The notes under the pieces: generated by a model
Database searches by the model: none
What the model was told of the DNA's origin: nothing
Seen by the model: the letters and a program-made list of their open reading frames with translations, nothing else
Shown: positions 25,955-34,951 of the stretch, piece by piece
How the letters are laid out: each line of letters starts with the position of its first letter
How positions within the stretch are numbered: position 1 is the first letter of the stretch
Program-made: the position numbers and the translations under genes
Origin: Candidatus Latescibacterota bacterium
Lineage (GTDB): Bacteria; Latescibacterota; UBA2968; GCA-2709665
Assembly: GCA_963667175.2 (NCBI GenBank)
Contig: CAXXXF010000006.1
Span: 288,001-352,000 of the forward strand
DNA length: 64,000 bases
Direction of reading: 5' to 3'

Positions 25955-28444
25955 CTACTTGATCAGCACGAAGCTGCCTCGTCGGGTCTCTCCGCCGGAT
26001 ACGACGACGAAATAATACAGACCGGTCTGCACCTGGCCGGCGATATTGAATGAGGTCTGACGAAACTCGGTCTCACCCTTTGTGAGCGGGGTCCGGTCCG
26101 TGGTTTCCACACGGTCGCCGGAGGCCGAGTAAATGTGAATGACCGCGTCCGCAGTCAGACCCACGACGCGAATGTTGATGGAGTTGGGATACTGGTGAAC
26201 GCCGTCCACGTAGTACGGATTCGGTACGATGAGCACCTCTTCCGGGAGGCTGGACAGCAGGGCCTGGAAGGGCTTGCGGTTGTCGCCGTCGTACGTCCTG
26301 GCTGTCGCCGGCCCCCAGCCGCTTTCATACCCCCTCCGGATATTGGCCTGCACGCGTTCGCTGGGGATATCGTCGATGGTCATCCCGCTGTTCCACGTGT
26401 AGGACTCCACGCCGCTCGCGTACGGGCGCGCCGAATAGAAGTACGAAAAGCCTGCCGTCGTCTCCAGGTCTTCAAATTCATAGACGCCATCCGCATTGAT
26501 GCCCCATTCTGCACGATCCAGGCCCGCCGGATTCTTGGAGGACCCACTGGAACCGTTCTCGATGATCCCGTACAGCTCCCACGGGCCCCAGGAGAACCAC
26601 TCGGACTTATAGACGCGATAGCCGAGGATATCCTGCTCGCCCGTGTACGGATTGACCGCAGACTCGGACTCCCTTCCCCACCTGATCAATTGCTTGGCCC
26701 GGGTGGAGGAGGTGAGATTGTTGGCGGAAATATAGGCCTCAGTGGGCGAGGCGGGCACCTGGTAGTTGTTGTCGTAGACCCAGTGGGCCAGCTTCAGGTT
26801 CTCCAGGGCGGCCTTCTCGCCGTTGGTCTTGACCTTCTGTATCTTGGCCTCAGGGCTCTCACTCCCCCGGTCCCATTTGATCAGGCCGACGTCCTGCTCG
26901 TTGGCGGGAATCGGCTCGAGCAGCGACGGGTGGCCGGCGCCCCAGGAAAAAACGAGCTTTACGGACTCATCCACACCCACGTTATATGGCCCGTAAACCG
27001 TCATATCATGGAACACCTTGCGCGTGGAAACGTCGCCTTCGTCCGGATTGGCCTGAAAACCGGTGGTCGTTATGACGCCGGCGAGTTGCGCAGCGGTGTG
27101 GGTGGTGTACGTCGGGTCGTCAAAGTCGCCCGTGGAACGCGCCAGCCACCACTGGAACGAACGCGGCTGCATGGCTTCACCCGGCTGCACGTATTTGCCA
27201 CGGTCGGCCTCGTTGAACGAGAACTTCCCGGCGTCGTCCGCATACGCGAGAGGCGCCATGAAATAGGTGCTTGGCGCTCTCGGCTGGCCTTCCGTCTGCT
27301 GGATATTGTAGCTCGAAGGCACGATCGCCTTGTAGAACGGATCGCCGGTATCGTCATGCGAGGAAAACGGATTGTCGGAGTCCCTGCGGATGACCGCGCG
27401 CATGTCCTCGCCCGCGAACGCGCCGTTCGCCGAGTAGGCATTCGGATATCCGTCGGCCTCGGTATACCACATCGTGTCGTCCATCCCGCGGGCATTCGAG
27501 GCGTAGAAGTTCCACCCGAATTCCTCGAGAATGCCCATCGCCGTCATAGCGGCCACGTTCTTGAACGCGATGTAGAGGTTGTTGATGGGGCCCGGCGCCT
27601 CGCCGACGCCGTCACCGTTGAAGTCGCCGGTGTTGGTGAAGGTGAGGTCCACGATGTAGAAGTCATCGAAATCCGGATTGGACCAGCTGTACACTCGCCG
27701 CGTGACGCGAATGCCGTTCTGCATGTCCACCCACTGGGCGATGATGGTCTCTTCCGGAATGGTCACGTCCACCAGGTTATGCGCACCCAGATTGTAATTG
27801 GCGATGTGGATGGGAGGGGTGCTAATAGGGTCGAATGTTCCAGTCTCCGGATTCACATTGTCATAAATGCTCCCATCATCTTCGCGGGTCAGCCCCGCCC
27901 AATAGTTGGACAGGGAACCCCCCGAGCCCTGTTCGCCCGGAGAGATGGCGCTGTTCGGCGACAATGTGAGTTCACTCAACGGATTGGGCTGGCCCCAATT
28001 TTCTTCGGGCTGGCCGATCGGATCGTAGGGAAGCGGCGTGTTATGTTCGGCAATCTGTGTATTCTCCCGAGGGCCGGTTACCGTGACGGTACCACGATCG
28101 GCGTTCAGAATCCAGATGCCCTCGCCGCCCGAGACCTTGTAGTCATTGTACATTTGCGACTTCTGATTGGACGTGAACTGCGAGAGCACACCGCCGAACG
28201 AACCCGGCCCGTTGCCGTTCCAGGGATAGGCGTTTCGCCTGTTGCCGCGCCCCCACTCCTGGTTGCCGCCCATCCCGCCGATGTTGTTGTAACTGTTGGA
28301 AATCAACGACCGCAGGTTATACCTGCTGGATACGTTGTCGGGCGTGGGCTGCGCATCGGCCGACTCCACCCAGAACCCGATCGCAAACAGGGCAAGGCAG
28401 GTAATTCCAGCCAACCCCTCAGTGATGAATTTCAGACGTTTCAT
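25955..28444 (-). CDS. Large exported protein with FN3-like and T9SS/FlgD-Ig-like C-terminal domains
   Basis: Signal peptide from ATG 28444; GYRVYKS and YFYSARPY (FN3-like); VPNPY...IHIYSASGDRV...TGLYYFVV C-terminus. Confidence 0.75.
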   Translation of the reverse strand: MKRLKFITEGLAGITCLALFAIGFWVESADAQPTPDNVSSRYNLRSLISNSYNNIGGMGGNQEWGRGNRRNAYPWNGNGPGSFGGVLSQFTSNQKSQMYNDYKVSGGEGIWILNADRGTVTVTGPRENTQIAEHNTPLPYDPIGQPEENWGQPNPLSELTLSPNSAISPGEQGSGGSLSNYWAGLTREDDGSIYDNVNPETGTFDPISTPPIHIANYNLGAHNLVDVTIPEETIIAQWVDMQNGIRVTRRVYSWSNPDFDDFYIVDLTFTNTGDFNGDGVGEAPGPINNLYIAFKNVAAMTAMGILEEFGWNFYASNARGMDDTMWYTEADGYPNAYSANGAFAGEDMRAVIRRDSDNPFSSHDDTGDPFYKAIVPSSYNIQQTEGQPRAPSTYFMAPLAYADDAGKFSFNEADRGKYVQPGEAMQPRSFQWWLARSTGDFDDPTYTTHTAAQLAGVITTTGFQANPDEGDVSTRKVFHDMTVYGPYNVGVDESVKLVFSWGAGHPSLLEPIPANEQDVGLIKWDRGSESPEAKIQKVKTNGEKAALENLKLAHWVYDNNYQVPASPTEAYISANNLTSSTRAKQLIRWGRESESAVNPYTGEQDILGYRVYKSEWFSWGPWELYGIIENGSSGSSKNPAGLDRAEWGINADGVYEFEDLETTAGFSYFYSARPYASGVESYTWNSGMTIDDIPSERVQANIRRGYESGWGPATARTYDGDNRKPFQALLSSLPEEVLIVPNPYYVDGVHQYPNSINIRVVGLTADAVIHIYSASGDRVETTDRTPLTKGETEFRQTSFNIAGQVQTGLYYFVVVSGGETRRGSFVLIK

Positions 28445-28524
28445 ATCCTTCTCTGCCTCCATTCGAAAGCACTCATCATGAGCAGGCGCGCGGGAAACGA
28501 CATCGCTTCCCGCGCGCCAGATTC

Positions 28525-31500
28525 TCACCAGTTAATGCGCAGCCCGAACTGGGCGAGACGCGGCGAATGCGCGTACGAACGATCCCGGCTGTCGCCGTAA
28601 TTCAGGTAATTCTTGTCGTCCGGCGCAGGCCCGTCCAATCCGATATACGTCCACATGCTCGCATTGGACGGGCTGGTACGGTCCTTCTGATTGAATACGT
28701 TCCGGATATCGGCGAAGAGCGTGGGCTGCACCCGACCGGTCACATTGAAAGTCTTCTCAATGGCGAAGTCGGTACGCGAATCCATCACGCGGTCACGCCA
28801 GTACCAATTGCCGCCTTCAGGCGGGTAGTATCTGAAGTTCCCGCCCGTCTGGATGCGGGAGGTGACGTTCATGCGGAGATTCTTGAGAACGGTACCGACA
28901 AAGGAATGACCGAACTCGAAATCGTCCGGGAACGACGCCAGAAGCGAGAAACTCCCGAAGTTCCGGCGGTCTCCGCTTTTGGGCCTCAGGAAATGCGTGT
29001 GATAACTGCCCGAGTTGATCTGAACGGAGCAGTTGGGGCCACAGTTGGCAAGGGCGGGGCTATCGACCGGACGCAAACCGTCCCAAATGCCCGGTCCCAA
29101 TTGACCGCCTTTCGCACGGGTGGAATTGATACGACGCTGGCCACCGAATTTGTACTCAGTCCCTGCGAATTTAACCAGATCGTCCCCGGTGAGCCGACGC
29201 GGCGCTTCGCTGCCGTCTGGAAGCGGGTCAAAATATACCCAGAAATTGGGGACGGTGATGCCACGGTCGGTGTACGCGTTGGTTGTGGCCAGATGCACCA
29301 CTGTAGCCGAGTCCATGTACACGTTGCGGATCACGTTGCCCAGCTTGCCCGTGGCGACCTGCGACCACTGGTAGTTGTAGGATACGTTGAACGAAAAATT
29401 GTGCGAGAAGGACTTGCGGATGGACATCTCCACGCCGCGGGTGTCGCCGTACGCGCCGTTGTCCAGGGTCCGCGAGTAGGAAATAGCGAAGTCCACGGGG
29501 CCGACCCACGTCTCGTTGGGATAGTGCGTGAAGTGGTCCACTTCGCTCTTGTAGTAGGCCGTTAACGTGGCGGTGTAGTCGCTCACGAAGTTCCAGTCGG
29601 CGCCCACCTCAAAGGCCGTGGTCTTGGCGGGTTGCAGCAGGTGCAGCCCGTTCTGACCCGAATAGGTGGTGCGGAAGTTGTTCAGCCGTTCCGTGGCGTC
29701 GACGCGACCGTTTTCGTTCACGTCCCGTTCACCGGCATCGCCGGAGGTCCAGTAGTCCTCCCCGAAATAGTACCAGAGATCGGCCCACTGCAGGAACACA
29801 CCCGTGGAGAACCGCATCTGCGACCGCTCCGTGATCGGATGCGACACACCGATCCGGGGGCTGAACTTCACGTGCCAGGGCGCGTCAGTGACCCACAGGG
29901 AGCCCTCCTGGTACGCCCAATCGCGCGCACGGGTGTAATAGCGGAACATGTCACTGCCCCGGAACGCGCCGAACGTCAACTGTCGGGAGTTCGGGTTGAA
30001 CGTGTCGAGGCGGATGCCCAGGTTCACGATCATCCCCTGGAACTCCATCTTATCCTGGAGGTAGGCGTTGAGGAAGAACGGCTTCACCTTCTCGCCCATC
30101 TGGCCTTCGTTCACGATCAGCCGCAGATTCCTGTGGGCCGGGGTCGAATCGTAGCGCAGAATCATCGTGATGGCGCTGGTCTGGTACTCAACCCCCGCCT
30201 TTATGAAGTTTCCTTTGGTTATCTGAGAGGACAGATCGACCTTGGCACCGATGCGCTGGCGGTCATACTGACCATATCGGGCGGCCTGGCGGCCGAGGCT
30301 GAACCACCCCGCCTGATCCCGGTAGATCTCCTTGGTCACTTCGTGGGTGCCGCTGAGGGTGTCCATCTTCGAACGGGAGTGCGAAATTCGCACTTCGTAG
30401 AACGTCCTGGGGGAAAGCGTGTGCGTGAACACCGCGTACTGCAGTTCTTCCCTGAGGTCGTGCAGTCCCGCCGCGGACCACTTCTCGGGCAGAAACAGGT
30501 CGCGGCCGGTGCCGCGCCGCATCGCGCCGCCGCCGCTGCCGTGACGCCCGCCGAAGAGATCCGGATTGCCGTTCGAATACCAGTCCCAACCCAGGTACAT
30601 GCCCCCCAACTTCAACTTGAGGTTGGCGGTCGGCTTGATGGTGAGACTTCCCGATACGTTAATATTGCCCGGATCGTCCTGGAAGCTTCCCCGGTCATCG
30701 TAGAAACCGACGCGCTCAGCCCGCGGCGTCACGGCCGCGTAACGCTCGTGTTTGGCCGTGGCCACGAACGAAGCCTTCTCTCCGATCGGGCCGGAAAGGT
30801 TGCCTTCGACGCCGAAACCGACCCATTCCGTGTAGTTCGTCCGGACGTGAACCAGTTCCCCCGCGATTTCCTCGAAAATGGGGTTGTTGATGTCACCGGA
30901 CAGGTCTGGAAATTTTTCGTTAGTCCACGTGGGGTCGTCCCACATCACCTTGTCCTGGTGCTGCGGCGAATCGTACACGTTCTCGCCCCAGTGCTTCTTG
31001 CCGGCGGGTTCGTAGCGGAACTCGCCCCAGCCGTTCAACTCACCACCGCCTTCTTTGGTTATGATCTGAACAACGCCGCCCTGGGCATTGCCGTATTCGG
31101 CGGGGGTGACCCCCGTGAGCACGGACAGTTCCTGGACGGCGCCGCGGTTCACCTGACGGTAGCGCCCGCCACGGCCGCGGCCGTCGTTGTGGTTCATCCG
31201 CACGCCGTCTACAATGTAGGCCACGTCACTGGCGTAATGGCCGGCGTCAACGTACGCGCCGCGAATCCGGTTGGATCCGTCGACCGCCACGCCCGGCTGC
31301 AGCTGCAGCAACTCGGACGTCCTGCGGGCCGACGCCAGGTTGCGCTCGGTTTCTTCGAGCGTAACCGTGTACTTGCTGGTGGTCTTGTCCGGCTCCACCA
31401 GGGGACGGCCGGCCGTCACGACCAGCTCGCCCAGCTCGAGGGCGGTCTCGTTGAGGTTGTAATTGATGGTGGTGGTATGGTCGGACGTTACATCCACTCC

Positions 31501-31767
31501 CGTCTGCGACACCGTCTCGTACCCGATCAGGGACGCGGAGAGGGTGTAGACGCCCGGCGAGATGTTGATGATGACGTAGTACCCGTCGGCATCGGCCGTG
31601 GAACCCAGATTCAGTTCCTTGATCACGACGTTGGCGCCGGGCAGCACTTCTCCGGCCTGATCGCGCACCACGCCGTTGATCTTGCCGGTGACGCCCGCCT
31701 GCAGGTCGCCAGTGACGAAGCAGGCTACCGCGACCGCGACTCCGAAAAACAGAAGCTTACGCTTCAT
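28525..31767 (-). CDS. TonB-dependent receptor with CarboxypepD_reg domain
   Basis: GKINGVVRD..GEVLPGANV, plug motif AEYGNAQGGVVQIITKEG, YLQDKMEF, FSPRIGVSHPIT, terminal W. Confidence 0.92.
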   Translation of the reverse strand: MKRKLLFFGVAVAVACFVTGDLQAGVTGKINGVVRDQAGEVLPGANVVIKELNLGSTADADGYYVIINISPGVYTLSASLIGYETVSQTGVDVTSDHTTTINYNLNETALELGELVVTAGRPLVEPDKTTSKYTVTLEETERNLASARRTSELLQLQPGVAVDGSNRIRGAYVDAGHYASDVAYIVDGVRMNHNDGRGRGGRYRQVNRGAVQELSVLTGVTPAEYGNAQGGVVQIITKEGGGELNGWGEFRYEPAGKKHWGENVYDSPQHQDKVMWDDPTWTNEKFPDLSGDINNPIFEEIAGELVHVRTNYTEWVGFGVEGNLSGPIGEKASFVATAKHERYAAVTPRAERVGFYDDRGSFQDDPGNINVSGSLTIKPTANLKLKLGGMYLGWDWYSNGNPDLFGGRHGSGGGAMRRGTGRDLFLPEKWSAAGLHDLREELQYAVFTHTLSPRTFYEVRISHSRSKMDTLSGTHEVTKEIYRDQAGWFSLGRQAARYGQYDRQRIGAKVDLSSQITKGNFIKAGVEYQTSAITMILRYDSTPAHRNLRLIVNEGQMGEKVKPFFLNAYLQDKMEFQGMIVNLGIRLDTFNPNSRQLTFGAFRGSDMFRYYTRARDWAYQEGSLWVTDAPWHVKFSPRIGVSHPITERSQMRFSTGVFLQWADLWYYFGEDYWTSGDAGERDVNENGRVDATERLNNFRTTYSGQNGLHLLQPAKTTAFEVGADWNFVSDYTATLTAYYKSEVDHFTHYPNETWVGPVDFAISYSRTLDNGAYGDTRGVEMSIRKSFSHNFSFNVSYNYQWSQVATGKLGNVIRNVYMDSATVVHLATTNAYTDRGITVPNFWVYFDPLPDGSEAPRRLTGDDLVKFAGTEYKFGGQRRINSTRAKGGQLGPGIWDGLRPVDSPALANCGPNCSVQINSGSYHTHFLRPKSGDRRNFGSFSLLASFPDDFEFGHSFVGTVLKNLRMNVTSRIQTGGNFRYYPPEGGNWYWRDRVMDSRTDFAIEKTFNVTGRVQPTLFADIRNVFNQKDRTSPSNASMWTYIGLDGPAPDDKNYLNYGDSRDRSYAHSPRLAQFGLRINW

Positions 31768-31810
31768 TTTGAACCCTCCTTCGTTGAGTTGTTACCCCGG
31801 CTGCGGTGGA

Positions 31811-32530
31811 TTAGCGCCAGAAGTAGAACTTCATCTGTGCGCCGACGTCGACCATGTGAATCGGGCGCACTTTCTCCAGGCCATAGAACAACATATTGCG
31901 CAACTCACCCACGACGAAGTTGTAGCGAGCGCGCAGGTCAATGGCCAGGTTCTGCGTGACGAAACCCTCGACGCCCACGCCCGCGTTTGCGCCGATGGTG
32001 TACCGCTGGTCAACCTGATCTTCCATGACGAATTCCAGGTCTATCGGATCGTTTGTCTGGCGGGAATAAACCAGGTTGCTGTTGATCGCGTAGTAGCGAT
32101 AGAGACCGCCACCGACCAGGATGTAATACCTGTAATCCTTTGCCTTGAATCCGTGCGTGGCGTTCTCTTCGCCGACGAAAAGCAGGCCGTTCACGATCAG
32201 GTTGTTCCACGTAATCTCCGACTTGCCGTTCGGGTGGGTGTACTCCTGCTCGTCGATCGCGTATACCCACGGATCGGATGCCGGCTTCCCGTCGGTGAAC
32301 TTCGAGTAATTGTACTCGATTTCAACAACGGTGCGCTGGCTCGCCACATAGCTCAAGGTTGCTCCGAATTTGCCGGTGGCGCCCCAGCGCTCGCCGAGCC
32401 GATGCATCGGGATGTTGTAATCGGCGATCCCGCCGACGGCCCATCTGCCTTCCTGGGCCCATGCGCCGTCTGCAAGACCCGCTGCGGTCAGCGCAAAAAC
32501 AGCCAGAAAAGCAAAACGCACAACTTTCAT
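31811..32530 (-). CDS. Outer-membrane beta-barrel protein
   Basis: GGAGG/GAGGT RBS, signal peptide AWA-Q, alternating strands, terminal KFYFWR. Confidence 0.8.
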   Translation of the reverse strand: MKVVRFAFLAVFALTAAGLADGAWAQEGRWAVGGIADYNIPMHRLGERWGATGKFGATLSYVASQRTVVEIEYNYSKFTDGKPASDPWVYAIDEQEYTHPNGKSEITWNNLIVNGLLFVGEENATHGFKAKDYRYYILVGGGLYRYYAINSNLVYSRQTNDPIDLEFVMEDQVDQRYTIGANAGVGVEGFVTQNLAIDLRARYNFVVGELRNMLFYGLEKVRPIHMVDVGAQMKFYFWR

Positions 32531-32674
32531 CTACTCACCTCCCTCATGAGAGTGAATGATGCGGAAACTCCCTTCCTCCCGTCCCTGCGTCCCACGTACG
32601 AAAATTGCGAAACTGTCTTCTCTTCGTTCGATAGACGACCTCCTTTCGTCAGGATACCGCGATAATTACGGTGA

Positions 32675-32765
32675 AAAACTCTATGGATACATGGATACAC
32701 AGAATAGACAGGATTAAGTCAAAACCGGATAAACAAAAAGGGCGTATTGATAGCACGAGAAAGCA
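32675..32765 (+). repeat. Degenerate A-rich repeat, locus R4
   Basis: aaaactctatggatacatggatacacagaatagacaggatt...gcacgagaaa; A^CATGGAT at 32690. Confidence 0.65.
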
Positions 32766-32880
32766 TCATGCCATTACGCCCGGGCGTTCAGCAAATATCG
32801 ACCTGTTAAATAAATGGAACATACAAAACCTTCAGCAGTTGACGTATAGCACACTTCCCCCGTTTTTGCTAATCCCACGA

Positions 32881-32909
32881 AATTTAGCTGGCGCAAACGA
32901 ATTTGTCAA
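32881..32909 (-). promoter_or_regulatory. Putative sigma70 promoter of the barrel-TBDR-PorV operon
   Basis: Minus strand TTGACA-17 bp-TAAATT. Confidence 0.55.
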
Positions 32910-32927
32910 GTTTTTTTTATCCTCATT

Positions 32928-34737
32928 GAGTCCCCTCCGAAAACGGTGTCACAAGAGTCTGGTGTAAGTGGTCAGCGTTGGAGCTTGTGATTTAGTGTGT
33001 GGCGCCGAGATAAGGTGTAGGTGCGGCGTACCCACTCAGGGGCGACCTTCGAAGGTGCTGTGGGTCTGTGGTAAGGGGGTTTTGGGCAAGAAAGCCCCTC
33101 TTATGCGGGGAGCATCGAGGGTGTTGTGAGGTAGTTCTGGATGCGAACGAGGTTGACCCAAAGGCTACGACAGCGCGCCCACAATTGGTGTGGCCTTTCT
33201 CCGCGATAGCGCGTCTTGCCATCTTTGGTGTAGTAGCTCAACTGAAAGATGCTGGCTTCGACGTTATTGCGTCGTTTTCTGATGTAGTCAGGCAGGGCTT
33301 CAATCTGTTTGCGTTTGAGGTAAGTGTCGATGTGATGTTCCTGAAAGTATCGGGCTTTGCCATCGATGATGATTTTGTATTTTCCCGGTTTGTATTCCTG
33401 GGCGATGTGAACCTCTCCGGTTTGTTGATCGGTGACGGCGACGCCTTTTGCTGTGCGTTCATAACGGAAACGCCCTGGCTTTCCTTGCAGGCCACTGTAA
33501 AAGAATCGCTTGTCGTTTTCGTCGGCATACTCGGTGTTGGATTGATCATTATAGGCCCCATCCATTGACACTTCCGCGACGTCATTCACCACCTGTAGCG
33601 TCCGCTGTATGGCATCTTGGACAAACGCGTTGTCGGGATGCGTCGCGGGTTTGACGTCAACGTCCGTGATCAAATTGAGGCCCTCTTCATCGCAGGTCTC
33701 GGTGAGGTTGACACTATATCCTTTCACCTTGTCCTTCCCTTTCTTGCGAAAGGCCGCCTCTTCATCATGGGCAGACTGCAACGAGGATGAGGTGATCTCC
33801 TTGGGAGGCTTGGGCAGCACCTCCTCGGGGGAAGATGAAACCGTATAGTGGTCGCCAAAAACACGCACGATCAGATCGTATTGGTCGCTGTCTTTCTCGG
33901 TATAGGTCTCTTGTAGCCTGCTCAACAACAGCCCCAATTCCCGCAGCTTCTCGCCTTTTTCAGTCGGAGTGAGACGGTAGACAACCTGATGAGGCTTCGC
34001 CTGAATCAGAGCCTCCAAAATCTGCTGATCCGTTGCCGATGATCGTTGTTTTTGGTCCTGGTCCAAGGACCTCCAGAACCCTTGTACGCAACCCACCACC
34101 AACTGCAACCGACAACACAAGGCAATGTTCGAGCCGATCAACTTACTGTCCATTCGTATCTGCTGACCCAACACACCAAAGGCGTTGGCCTGCGTCTTCG
34201 TTAAGCTGGCAAAGGCCTCGCCGATCAGATCGCGACCCGTTTTTAGTTGATACGCATACAACGCCTGCTTGAACAGATAATACGTGGACTCGACAGGCAC
34301 TTCATCCGTAAGATTCATCAACCCCAATGCCCCCATCACCAACACGTTGAATCGACATTGATCGAAAAGGTCGGCATCGCTCCACCCAAAACCCTCCTTG
34401 ACGATCATCATCGACACCAACTGACGAATCGGCGCATTGGGACGACCTACGTCAGCGGCAAACATCACACGGAATAGATCCTCATCCACCTTTGACGTGA
34501 TGTGCTCGTAAAACAGATTATGCCAGCACAACGGATCATTGAGCCGGTTCAGCTTACGACCTTCGAAATGAGACTCAAAACTGCGAAACAGATCCGGCGG
34601 ACTTGAAGGGGCACTCCTTCTAAACATATCGCCCTCGCCTTCTTTTCGATTCTACGTCAGGGACTCTGAAACCTGTCGATACCTCCAATTTAGTACTTTT
34701 TCGCCAATAAGTAAACTCGACTTTTCGGAGTGGACTC
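32928..34737 (-). mobile_element. Complete insertion sequence (IS5/IS1182-like DDE), 1810 bp
   Basis: TIRs GAGTCCCCTCCGAAAA (32928-32943) and GAGTCCACTCCGAAAA (rc of 34722-34737), 15/16; TSD CTCATT at 32922-32927 and 34738-34743. Confidence 0.92.
33101..34627 (-). CDS. DDE transposase (DUF772 N-terminus)
   Basis: GRPNAP, RMDS, MDGAY, RNNVEASI motifs. Confidence 0.9.
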   Translation of the reverse strand: MFRRSAPSSPPDLFRSFESHFEGRKLNRLNDPLCWHNLFYEHITSKVDEDLFRVMFAADVGRPNAPIRQLVSMMIVKEGFGWSDADLFDQCRFNVLVMGALGLMNLTDEVPVESTYYLFKQALYAYQLKTGRDLIGEAFASLTKTQANAFGVLGQQIRMDSKLIGSNIALCCRLQLVVGCVQGFWRSLDQDQKQRSSATDQQILEALIQAKPHQVVYRLTPTEKGEKLRELGLLLSRLQETYTEKDSDQYDLIVRVFGDHYTVSSSPEEVLPKPPKEITSSSLQSAHDEEAAFRKKGKDKVKGYSVNLTETCDEEGLNLITDVDVKPATHPDNAFVQDAIQRTLQVVNDVAEVSMDGAYNDQSNTEYADENDKRFFYSGLQGKPGRFRYERTAKGVAVTDQQTGEVHIAQEYKPGKYKIIIDGKARYFQEHHIDTYLKRKQIEALPDYIRKRRNNVEASIFQLSYYTKDGKTRYRGERPHQLWARCRSLWVNLVRIQNYLTTPSMLPA

Positions 34738-34774
34738 CTCATTTATTGCATAACCTGAATAATTCGCCCTAAAG

Positions 34775-34951
34775 CATGAATTTACATGGATGGACAGGAT
34801 GAGCAGGATAAAGACCAAAAGGCGCGAGAACGGCACGAGAAAACGAGAAATACCGAAAAGCACGACAAATCGTACATCAGAAACTACGAAACACGCGAAA
34901 AATCACGAAAAATCCGCGGTTGAACCCCTTTCATTCAAAACACAAAACTCA
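34775..34951 (+). repeat. A-rich modular repeat, locus R5 (3' exon side of the intron)
   Basis: Core at 34785, 24-mer at 34877-34900, ends AAAACTCA at the intron boundary. Confidence 0.92.

Noticed and set aside
26135-31959. Long plus-strand ORFs (26135-28600, 29632-31959); similarly 42062-44104 (-), 50991-52790 (+), 58262-59932 (-)
   Set aside because: Antisense shadows of well-supported genes in high-GC DNA, with no motifs
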